Source of the DNA: Podarcis cretensis
Taxonomy: Eukaryota
Direction of reading: 5' to 3'
Length of the DNA stretch: 64,000 nucleotides
Assembly (NCBI GenBank): GCA_951804945.1
Contig: OX638155.1
Coordinates: 29,326,001-29,390,000, forward strand
In this document: piece by piece, positions 39,067 to 49,643 of the stretch
Layout of the letters: each line of letters begins with the position of its first letter
How positions within the stretch are numbered: the first letter of the stretch is position 1
Position numbers and translations under genes: made by a program
Notes under the pieces: model-generated
Database searches by the model: none
Told to the model about the DNA's origin: nothing
What the model saw: the letters and a program-made list of their open reading frames with translations, nothing else

Positions 39067-39971
39067 CAGCAGGAGTTCTGGGCGCCCTTGCACCATCAAC
39101 GCTGCGGTCCTACACCAGAGCATGGTCCCAATTCGAGGGGTTCAGAGATAAGTTTAGCTTACGTCGCAGGCGTACAGCTAAGGAGTCTGATGTTCTAAAA
39201 TATTTGGTTCACCTAAAGCGTAGGGGCATGGCCCTTAAAACCATCAGCCTGCACAAGGCCGCTATCTCCTACTTAAGCAACTGTTTTGGCTCCCAGACCC
39301 CTGTAACACTTTCCACGTAAGGAAGCTTATTGCAGGGTGGCGTCACTCCCACCTGCCCATTCCAGATAAGAGGAGGCCAGTAACCATAGAGATCCTCCGG
39401 CTGATCTGGGATGCGCTCCCCAGTATTTGCTGGTCCAACTATGAGGTCAGGCTCTTCAGGGCAGCCTTCTCCCTATCCTTCTTTGGTGCGCTCCGTATCG
39501 GGGAGTGCATAGGGGGCACATTGTCACCTCATCGCAGGGGCTTGTCTGTGGCTGATATCAACCTTGACAGGCGCATGATACAAGTCAAAATCCAAGCCTC
39601 CAAAAACCGATCAACTAGGTAGGGGTTCCACGCTAAGTCTAGCCTCCTCCCCACACACTGGACCATGCCCTGTCGCGGACACACGCAAATTCCTGAAGGT
39701 ACATCCTCCGGGGCCAGCCCCCCTCCTCATTCATGCATCAGGCCGCCCCATGACCCGTTGCCAATTTGTCTCAATATTGCGTAAGGCCATCCATGCTTGT
39801 GGAGGCGACCCGGCACAATTTTCCGGGCATTCCTTTCATATTGGTGCAGCAACCTCGGCAGCTGCGAGCGGCCTCCCGGCGGAACACATAAAAACAATGG
39901 GGCGGTGGCGTTCAGCTGCCTTCAAAGGCTATATTCGAAACAACCAGCAGACACTGACAGATACCATATAA
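39045..39971 (+). pseudogene. Tyrosine recombinase (phage-integrase family)
   Basis: LAPSTLRSYTRAW; FFGALRIGE (catalytic R); SK/TDQ; GHSFHIGAAT (HxxR with R>H); GRWRSAAFKGYIR (W, Y); two frameshifts. Confidence 0.92.
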
Positions 39972-40113
39972 TCCTTTCTTTCAGGCTCAACCCCCAAACA
40001 TGTGTGGATCTTTGGCCACAGCATAGTGCATTCGGTGGCCATCCATGCCACTACTGGTCCAGGCGGAGAACATCTTGGTCTGCAGCCAAAGATCTCCATT
40101 TCCTGGTTCGGCC

Positions 40114-40561
40114 AACGTGGAATGCGATGGGATGCCCTGCTCCCTTGGTTGCGTCACGAACTTGCGTTCCGCCATCCGCCAAACGCGGTTGTGCTCCACC
40201 TTGGCGAAAATGACTTGGTCGTGCAAACGTGGAATGCGATGGGATGCCCTGCTCCCTTGGTTGCGTCACGAACTTGCGTTCCGCCATCCGCCAAACGGGG
40301 TTGTGCTCCACCTTGGCGAAAATGACTTGGTCGTGCAAACGTGGAATGCGATGGGATGCCCTGCTCCCTTGGTTGCGTCACGAACTTGCGTTCCGCCATC
40401 CGCCAAACGCGGTTGTGCTCCACCTTGGCGAAAATGACGTGGTCGTGCAAACGTGGAATGCGATGGGATGCCCTGCTCCCTTGGTTGCGTCACAAACTTG
40501 CGTTCCGCCATCCGCCAAACGCGGTTGTGCTCCACCTTGGCGAAAATGACTTGGTCGCACA
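40114..40561. repeat. 112-bp tandem repeat x4
   Basis: AACGTGGAATGCG at 40114, 40226, 40338 and 40450. Confidence 0.97.
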
Positions 40562-40608
40562 AAAAAGCATAATTCTGATCAAAACAGCGATCGCGGACCT
40601 GGAAAGCG

Positions 40609-40700
40609 TACATGCCGCTCACCCCAACATCATGATTTTCTGGTCTGAAGGAGCTACATGCCGCTCACCCCAACATCATGATTTTCTGGTCTGAAGGAGC
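40609..40700. repeat. 46-bp tandem duplication
   Basis: TACATGCCGCTCACCCC...GAAGGAGC at 40609 and 40655. Confidence 0.95.
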
Positions 40701-40793
40701 TATGGTGGGCACCTATCAGACCGTGGTAACGAGCGTTGGCTGAGCGACATCAGGCATGGCCTGATTGACTGGTTGGAGGATGGCAAAGGGGAT

Positions 40794-41151
40794 TTTCAGA
40801 TGTAGGTAGTCTTGGCGGCGAGACCGCAATCTTTGCGGTATCAGGCCTTGGGCGGAATCCTTTAGTCCATCTTCCTCTTTGCGGCGGCGATACCAGGGTT
40901 CCCCGTTAAAGGGGTTTTTGAAGGGAGGCTTTGGCCGTACGCCGAAAGGTCGTCATTGCTCTCCCCTGCGGCGGCGTAACGGGGGCGGCTATCTCTGCTT
41001 GAACATATGTTCTCCAGAGCCGGCCCATCCCCCACACACACACTGGATAACCCTGATGCTCCCTAGGTCCCCGGCTGGGGACTAGGGAGGGAGAACGCCC
41101 AATGCCTGAGCCAAGGTCTACCCACATTTGAAATTTAATAAAGTTGTGGCC
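40794..41151 (+). ncRNA. Putative structured cis-RNA in the 3' region of the Ngaro element
   Basis: Nested helices 40794-40816/41110-41133, 40841-40854/41096-41109, 40894-40900/41049-41055 and 40901-40908/40977-40984, plus four hairpins, followed by AATAAA. Confidence 0.65.
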
Positions 41152-41294
41152 AATTTAATCCCATAGCACGTTGTCTAGAGTCGTTATTCCACATGACGGG
41201 GGGGACCACTCGGGATCTGGGGACTCCGCCTGTCCACGCAATATAAAATACAGAACACAATATAAAAGATGAACTACAAGATACTAAAATTATA

Positions 41295-41525
41295 TAGTGG
41301 TACCTCGGGTTACAGACGCTTCAGGTTACAGACGCTTCAGGTTACAGGTTCCGCTAACCCAGAAATAGTACCTTGGGTTAAGAACTTTGCTTCAGGATGA
41401 GAACAGAAATCGCGTGGCAGTAGTGGGAGGCCCCATTAGCTAAAGTGGTACCTCAGGTTAAGAACAATTTCAGATTAAGAACAGACCTCCAGAACAAATT
41501 AAGTTCTTAACCCAAGGTGCCACTG
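41295..41525. mobile_element. Tigger-like MITE
   Basis: Sister of 32278-32503; TA flanks. Confidence 0.9.
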
Positions 41526-42906
41526 TATATTAAATACAATCATATCATTAACAATTATATACCAGTTGTTGTTTCTTTTCCTATCCTCAGTGGGGTAGAG
41601 GCTCCAGAATTCTGACCCAGATACCCCAACACCATCCCAAAATGCTACCCCTACCCAGTATCCACCTAAGAGCAGCCATCCAAGGAACTAGCCTTGCACA
41701 TCTCTTGTCTCCCTTGGACAGTTTCAGACATTATTTGGCCATCATTCTGTGTCCCCGCTATCCCACTCTTCAACTGTTCACCCTTGGCTGAGAGCTGCAG
41801 AATGGGAGCCCTCTTCCTCTCACCAGTTAACTCATGCCCTTGCTAGGCACAACCCTTAAATAAAATACCTGAGGAGGTAGGAATTATCCCTCCCTGGTGA
41901 GATGTGTCTTGTTCCCTATTACCATCTGAAAATGTTCCTGTTCACTCAGGTGTTTAGTACCTGAAGGCAGGGTATGTACAGTCATCAGCTTGGAAATCAA
42001 TGTATATATTAGGGGATTGCATAGTCCCCAAGGTTCGCCTTATATCTGTGCATTTAAAAAAATTCTAATCTGTTTCTGAATCACTTTGTGCTCTCACCAC
42101 TTCAATCTCTGCTCCAGGTTCAGAACTGCTTTGTATGCAATATTCCCCATTCACTCTAATGAGGAAGCAAAAAGATGGCTATAACTTTTGGCCAAAGTGG
42201 TTGAACTTTACAGGCAGGGGAGTCCCTCCAAGGTAGATTGAACCTGCCAAATCATAGGCAGATTAATCCCGGAAGGGGGGGGGGGTTCTGCAAGAAATGG
42301 ATGCAATTTGTAAGCATGGTCACCCCATCTTAGGGTATGAAGCCCACCAATTTTCAGAATGATAGCTCATGTGGTCCTGCCATAATGGTAGACTTTATCA
42401 CTTTGGAGTGGGTACAACAGGGTAATTGGTGGTGGTGGAAATGCAGCAACCCCACCCCAGTGGATTTTGGGGAAACAGTGGAGATGCCTCCATTGACTTA
42501 TAAAGGGGATAGAGATGGAGGTGGTGGAGAAAAGATGATAATATAATGGGATCTTAGTTTACCCTTCAGAGAGCTGCAATTTTCAGCACCCTTAGCAAAC
42601 TGCAGTAACCAGGATTCTGTGTGTGCGCGCGCGCACGCGCTTTCAATATATGGTGTGTATGCAGCCTGAATCTCACACAGCATTACTGCTTCTGTTCTCT
42701 TCTGTGAAAAGTGTTGCAACTTGTTAGTCTTCTCTTCACTGAAGGGGGAGCCGTGATCTTGTGCGAGTTCGCAACGCCCGTGTTGCACAGCTACTATGGG
42801 CAGATATCTCATGTGAGCAATATTTTAAGCACAGGCACTTACCGTCTCTGTTGCCATGTGTTGCCGTGTGTCTACAACAGCACTGCTGTGTGTGTGTGTA
42901 GGAATA

Positions 42907-43152
42907 AAGGTAAAGGTAAAGGGACCCCTGACCATTAGGTCCAGTCGTGACCGACTCTGGGGTTGCGGCGCTCATCTTGCTTTATTGGCTGGGGGAGCTG
43001 CTGTACAGCTTCCGGGTCAAGTGGCCAGCATGACTAAGCCGCTTCTGGAGAACCAGAGCAGCACACAGAAACACCATTTACCTTCCCGACAGAGCAGTAC
43101 CTATTTATCTACTTGCACTTTGACGTGCTTTCGAACTGCTAGGTTGGCAGGA
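42907..43152 (-). mobile_element. Sauria SINE, 5'-truncated
   Basis: TSD GTGTGTAGGAATA (42894-42906, 43160-43172). Confidence 0.9.
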
Positions 43153-43349
43153 ATTCCTAGTGTGTAGGAATACTGATGCTAAAAAGCAGTATGGTCTATG
43201 TTGGGTACATCTGTCGATGCATTTACATCTGCAAGGGCAAGGTTGTGTTCATTCTAAAATAAAACACAATAAAATAAAACCTTGTACTTCAAACTTTACT
43301 TAACCAATTTCAGCAAAAGCTGCAAACCGGGTTGGCGGGGGGGAGGGCA

Positions 43350-43740
43350 TTGGGAAAGTCTTCAAGGCGGATGTCATTGGGGATTTTTTGTGCCCTTCAT
43401 TTTCATTCGCTCTAGATGCCTGCCCGATTGGTTTAACTGTGAGCAGCATATTACCAAGGACCTCTTGCATACAGTATATTAGCAGAATATTGATATAGCT
43501 GAAATGCTGTTGTGGGATTCATCACTGGGTAAATCCTCTGCTGTCTGCAGTTTTACAGAGCCGTTTAATTAGCAGTTTTATACCACCCTCCTATTCCTCT
43601 CATTAAATTAATTAATAATTAAGTTCGAATATAGGCATCTTTAATGTCACAATTATATTTCAGTTTTATGGTCACCAGAGTTTTAACTCATTAGCCTGGG
43701 CGCTCATAAACCATAGCTCTGCAGAAAAGCTGGCTGAGGC
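43350..43740. promoter_or_regulatory. Putative CNE
   Basis: Dense TAAT/TTAATTA/TTTTAT homeodomain words in unique sequence. Confidence 0.35.
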
Positions 43741-44883
43741 TGTGTCATACAGGTATGCTGCCTTTAGGTGGGTGGCATTTAAATGTTGCTCTCAGTATGG
43801 CTGACTTCTCAACTCTAAGAAACTGTTTTCTGGGGCCCTGGCAGTTATGGCCAAACAAACAGGCCAACAAGGGTGCAAGGCTCAGGATCAAACCATGGGT
43901 GGCAATTCAGGGTGTGCTCTCAATGCAGCACTTATTCCATTTGTCTGTTTAAGGCAGGAATGGGGACATCACTGGATATTGTTGGACTCTAATTCCAATC
44001 AGCCCCAGCCAACATGGCCGAAGGGATTATGGGAGTTGTAGTTCAATGACCTCTGGAGGACAACAGGTTCCTCTTCCCCAGTTTAATGGTTTCCTGTCAG
44101 ATTGTAGTAACGTTTAAATTCTTATTTACTTACAAAGGTATTTATTGCTTGTCTTTCTATCAAAGACCCTCAAGGCAGCTTATGATTAAAACATGAACCA
44201 TATGAAACAACCCAAGAGAAAAATGTGAAGTAGACAAAATAAAATTTACAGGAGATAAAATTTAGCCAGAGACCATTTAAATTTAAATGTACACATACCT
44301 GGAGAAATTAATATATGCTGGTGTGAAGGTGATGGAAGAGAAACATAATTCCTGTATCACCAGGTATCTTTCTCAGGTACAGTTGCCACTCAATGACACC
44401 GGGGGGGGGTGGGTTGGGTATTTTTTGAGGTCAGGTGGTAAAGCTATCTGGGTCAAACAACAAAGATTTAGAGGAAAACAAACAAAAAAAAGTTTTGTTA
44501 AGATTTATGGAAATTCCCTGAGGGCTGGGAAAAGCCCAACTATTACCTCATACGCATTGGAAAAATAGCTGAATTTTCCCATTTTTTCTTAACTTTCAGG
44601 GAATTTCCTTAGATTCCCTTTGTTTCAACAGCAAGGATGCCCTCAAATGTATTGCCTCATTGTCAGTACTGAAGTGAGATTTGACTGCTAGTCAATCAAC
44701 TTATCTATATGGGATTGGGTGGGAACGCCATTTCCACCATCACCCTGGGCAGCAAAATTGGACTGGTTCTGTCCAGCAGATTGCTGCTAGAAATCTGAAA
44801 GATAAAGGCAGAGGGACAGAATTCACATAATGAAAGTCTGTAGCATTTTCATGGGAGGAGCCTATGTTGCTTCTGTTCTAGAG

Positions 44884-45262
44884 TAGGGTTACCAGACGTC
44901 CCTGGTTCCCGGGGACAGTCCCCAGATTTGCAAATCTGTCCCTGGGAAACATGGCAGCGGCAGCCTCAGCAGCCTGGAGCCAGCCTGGTAGCACAGTTGG
45001 CTCTAGCTGGCTTCAGGAGCCGCTCGCTGCCATGGGGCCCGCCATTTTTCCTCGCCGGAAGTCCCCATATGATGTGTCTTGTGCACAACACATCATGTGA
45101 GGACTTCTGGTGAGGAAAAATGGCAGGCACCACGGCAGCGAGCAGCGAGCAGCTCCTGAAGCCAGCCAGAGCCAATTGCTCTACCAGGCTGGCTCCGGGC
45201 TGCTGACTGCCGCTGCCACTGCTGAAGGGGAACTGTGGATGTCCGGCGGTACAGATCTCCTG
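44884..45262. mobile_element. hAT-like MITE remnant with a long internal palindrome
   Basis: TAGGGTTACCAGACGTCCC terminus; 44951-45076 is an inverted repeat of 45087-45220. Confidence 0.7.
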
Positions 45263-47513
45263 CCCCCTTCCCCTTTGTTTATATATATATATATATACAT
45301 AGCCAAGATCTTACAATAAAGTCTATTCACAAGTAAACGACATGAAACAAAGGCCTTCCCACTGCTAATCAAAAGCTTCCTGTTTGTAGTTTAACCCATT
45401 TTGTTGCTCTTCTGGTCAGCTTGAATCACAAATTAATGCTCCTTTAAATCTTAGTCAACATGCAAAATTCAGTTGCTTTATGAGCATTCTCCAAGTCCTC
45501 TTGGGGATTATGTATATTGCCCAAGAAATGTGCACAATTCATGAAATGACTCTGTCTGCATTCTCCATGAGGCCTGATGAATGTGCACAATGGTCGGTTG
45601 TTATGAACATTAACTGCTCTACTTGCATTCCCTCTCTCTCTCACACATATATATGATGGCTATCTCAGCAACAGCATTTAATACTTTACAATATGTTGCT
45701 CATCGTTTTTATATGTAGTGTATTTTTCATCCATTATCCCTGATTAAACCAGCTTTGTTGAAAAGGCAAAACCAAACATGGCTTTGAAATTGTTCTTATT
45801 TAATTTTACTAGCCTTCATGTAACCCAGGATAACACTAATTATCTCTTTAGTGTGGCTCGTATTTCTAATGTAATTCATATGTAAATTGTAATTTAATTC
45901 ATATGGGCATGTTTGCATTCTTTGCGTATGCTCCGCTAAGAGCACAAATGCTGAATTAGAACTGTTTGGAAATCAAAACGGGATGTTGCCTTTCTTTTCT
46001 GAATTGTCTTTGATTTGTTTTGGCTTGCTGTTTGTGTAGCAACGGCATGTCTCATTCGTTCTGATTTGAAAGAAGTGACTGGCATTCCTAAGCTGTGGAA
46101 CACCTACAATGGGATTTCCTGCTGTGTGTTTTCGAAGCCCAATTCCCATTTTATATTCCACATGACAACGAGCTTGTGAAGACATGAATTAGGTGTCTTC
46201 AAGCTTGCAACTAGTTGTGGCCTTTTTTCATGGGATCCACTAGCAAACACCATAAGTCTGGGGTAGTCAAAATGGTGCCCTCCAGATTTTGTTGGACTAC
46301 AATGCCCATCATTCCTAGCCAGCATGGTCAATGGACAGGAATGATGGGAGTTGTAGTCTCATCACATCTGGAGGGCACCCCATGGGCTACTCCTGTCTTA
46401 AATGATCTTTGAGTTCTGCACCCAGTTCTAGGCCTTGTTCTGATTCATGCTCAGAGTGTTTCTAATTCACATCACCGTCATGTTGTGGATGGACCCAGCA
46501 TCTCCTCATGACCTCCAATGGTCATGCACCAGGGCAGAAGGTTCTGTCTAGATGAATCTTCACAAATGTGGGAGACAGGCCAAGGCATCTAACTAAAGGT
46601 ATCTGCAAAACTCAGTAAGACCCAGCCTGGGGGAAGATCTTCCACTGTCATTAGCCAGCCCTCTTATCTTCTATAGCATCATTTTAATTTTGGTTTGTTT
46701 CTTTAGCTTTAACTGGCATAGTGCAAAAGCCACACTACCAGATGTCCAAGTACCTAGGCATGCATCTGGAATTATTAAATGTTTCCGCAGTCATTTTCTT
46801 TATTCATATGTTCCTTTATGTTTCTAATTCCCTGCGTTAAAATATTTTTTGTGGGCAAGGACTAGGAGATCTCAATAAAATTGATATTGATGTTTGCTCT
46901 CCAGTGGCCATCTGGGCGCACATGCATGAGTTCTAATACAGTTGCCCATAACCACAGGAATCAATACACAGAAGTATATGCAACTGTCCATTAATGTTGC
47001 AGCTATGGAGAGACATATTGACCCCACTAATTCTTAAAATCTAGACATGTGGATATCAGAGATGCATACGGATTTGAATGCATTTCTCTATGAGCTCCAA
47101 CTTTAGTTTAATTAAGAAGAAGGGCTAGTGTGGTGTAATAGTTAAAACACAAAACTTGAGAGGGTGGGGTTCAAATCTCTTTGCAGCTGTAAAACTCAAT
47201 GGGTGACCTTAGGGCCATTACAAGCTTAGTTGGCAGGTCCCTTCCTGCTGACTGAATTTTAAAAAATCCTAAAGCATTTCTGAGCAGAACAATTCTGAAT
47301 GTGTTTACTCAGAAGTAATCTCCAGTGTGTTTAGGAATGTACTCAACAAAACCATTCAGAACTGAGACGTTGGCCACTTTGCCAAATCCAGCCAAACTAG
47401 ATGCAGCAAACTCCTTTTCCCTTTTGCTGTAGACATTTCTTCTGACATGATGGGGATCTATTTGTAGAATCCATGTGTTCTAATGACTCTCTTCCTATAA
47501 ATCCTCTTGAAAT

Positions 47514-47551
<38 letters not shown>

Positions 47552-47600
47552 TTGAAAGAGGAAGAGAAGGGGGAAGAAGAAGACGACCAGCCAGTTATAT

Positions 47601-47650
47601 GTTGTTGTTGTTGTTGTTTAGTTGTGTCCGACTCTTCGTGACCCCATGGA
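47601..47650 (-). mobile_element. 50-bp BovB 3' tail insertion
   Basis: Reverse complement CCATGGGGTCACGAAGAGTCGGACACAACTAAAC(AAC)n; 10-bp TSD CCAGTTATAT. Confidence 0.88.
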
Positions 47651-47743
47651 CCAGTTATATACCCCATTGGTCATACTGCATGGAGGCATTCAAATTTGGG
47701 GCTACATAGCTTGCGACTCATCAAACTGAGTGCAGATTATGTA

Positions 47744-47945
47744 CGGTGGTGTAGTGGTTAGACTGTTGGACCTGGGAACTCAGGGTTCAAATCCCTCCCC
47801 CCAGCAATGAAGCTCACTGGGTGAGCTTGAGCCAGTCACTGCCTCTCAGCCTAACCTAACTTGCAGCGTTGTTGTCAGAATTAAATGAGGAGGGAAAGAA
47901 CTTTTAGATCCTTGGAGAAAAAGGTGGAATATAAATAAATAAAAC
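47744..47945 (+). mobile_element. MIR/Squam3-like SINE (older)
   Basis: GGTGTAGTGGTTAGA A-box, GGGTTCAAATCCC B-box, CORE-like body and ATAA tail. Confidence 0.7.
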
Positions 47946-48141
47946 CAGGGACCAGTGTTTTATTATAAGATGGTAGAGAAGCCCCACTCTCCTAATTTCC
48001 TGCTACAGTCCTCTTAGCCACTGTTTGGAGAAGATGATGAGGCTGATATTGGGGTGAGTCAGAGAGTGGTGAGAGTTGTGAATTCTCCTAAGGGCACCCC
48101 TTTCCCTTCCATAAATCAAGCTCTGCAAAAAAAACATGGCA

Positions 48142-48927
48142 GTTGCGTGTGTAGGTCCCCAGGCCACCCCTCAAATAATTTCACACATAACACGTAATTT
48201 TAGTTTTGGTTTTTGGGCACTATTTTGGCCACAACTTTATTAAAATACAAAATCAGTGAGTGGTTGTTTAGACATTGGTTATGACTATCTGTCCCCCCGC
48301 CTGGGACAGAACTGACATACCGAGGTCCGATCGGAAGCCAGTAGAAGGGAAAGTCAAAATTGGAGATCATTTGAGCTAAGCGTCGGACCCACACCGCTCA
48401 CCCCAGCAGCTCCCCAAGGCTTGCCGGCCCTGGTCCCATGACAGGGATTGGACGAAATCGTGGCAAGCCCCAGGATTCCTTTAACAGAATTCCCTTTAGC
48501 GCAATAGGAGGGGCAGGCACAGCCTATCCTGACCCCTCCACCACCAGCATTTTATAACCAGTGCCTAACAGCAACCTTACAAGTTGTGACAAATTGCTAA
48601 GTAGTAGGCAAAAACCAAATGGCACAGCCAATCAGCCAAATGGCAAAATTCCTACTAGGCCCCTGCATCAAGGCAGGCGACCCCATGACAGGCAAAGCAA
48701 GGTCAACCGGAAAAGAGGGCGGGCGGGCGGATGATCCAATGCACTCTGCAAAAGAGAAAGAGAAACAGTGCCCCAATATTTAAAGACTATGGTCCCACCC
48801 ACCCAACTTGCAACATACAATTTGCCCCAGCAACCCGGTTATCCAATCAAAGTACCAGGCAACAACCATTAACCTGCCTGGCAACAATAGGGCTGGCCCG
48901 GCAGCCCACACCGCAACACACGCTCTC
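48142..48927 (-). mobile_element. Non-coding Ngaro-related element (non-autonomous copy or solo repeat)
   Basis: In reverse complement it begins AAT|GA and ends CTGGGGAC...CACGCAA like 34161-41242; it shares AATAAAGTTGTGGCCAA and CCAATGYCTRA. Confidence 0.7.
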
Positions 48928-49236
48928 ATTTAATTGGAGAATGTGCTTTATCAAGCAGGCCACAGCACAGGTGGTGTGGCGGCCCACAAGTTGCATAGGT
49001 CTGCTTTCAGTGATCATTTGAAATAATCAGAAGTATTTTAAGCTTTGGTTTTATGTGTGGCTTTCCTTGTTATATGCAGACATTAAAAGGAACTGGCAGG
49101 CTCAAGAGATGGGAGATGCATTGGCTCCTTCTGACACGTCGGGGATGAATCCAGTCGTATAAAATAATAGGCAGACCTACACACTGTCAAACACATCATG
49201 ACAACATAAGAACTGTCCAAAACTATTTTCAATAAT

Positions 49237-49384
49237 NNNNNNNNNNNNNNNNNNNNNNNNNNNNNNNNNNNNNNNNNNNNNNNNNNNNNNNNNNNNNNNN
49301 NNNNNNNNNNNNNNNNNNNNNNNNNNNNNNNNNNNNNNNNNNNNNNNNNNNNNNNNNNNNNNNNNNNNNNNNNNNNNNNNNNNN
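49237..49384. other. N block (148 nt)
   Basis: Run of N. Confidence 0.99.
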
Positions 49385-49643
49385 TTTAAGGGCAGATTGG
49401 CTACCTGAATGTCCCAGGACCTTGCAGATGAAGGAAAAGGGTAGACGTACCATAAATCTAGATTATAGGCAAAGGAGATGAGTAGAAAAGTAAATGTGTG
49501 CCAAGCTACTGCCAAACATACCATGTGAACTCAGGCATGGGGAGGGGAGGAGAGAGGGAGTGTTCTTATTTCATGAATGCTCTTGAATGGCTGAACCACT
49601 CTTGATCTGTTCTTGAATGGAGGAAGCACTCTTGTTTAATTAA

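Larger units (their letters stand above)
39985..40700 (+). pseudogene. SGNH/GDSL-like hydrolase ORF of the Ngaro element
   Basis: Block I VWIFGHS, block II GQRGM, block III VVLHLGENDL; disrupted by tandem duplications. Confidence 0.75.
34161..41242 (+). mobile_element. Ngaro-type DIRS (tyrosine recombinase) retrotransposon, decayed
   Basis: gag-RT-RNaseH-YR-SGNH order; CAAT at both junctions (34157-34160, 41239-41242) interrupting a continuous A-rich host tract; polyA signal at 41137. Confidence 0.9.

Noticed and set aside
40114-40561. CRISPR-like array
   Set aside because: Contiguous identical units with no spacers, in a vertebrate genome
40952-40959. ICR complementary to the circular junction (GTCATTGC vs GCAAT|GAC)
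   Set aside because: Only 8 nt match and it does not extend; not distinguishable from chance without family alignment
41050-41100. Hammerhead ribozyme (CTGATG + hairpin + GAGAA)
   Set aside because: The core deviates from CUGANGA…GAAA, no stem III/NUH is identifiable, and the motif is absent from the partner element
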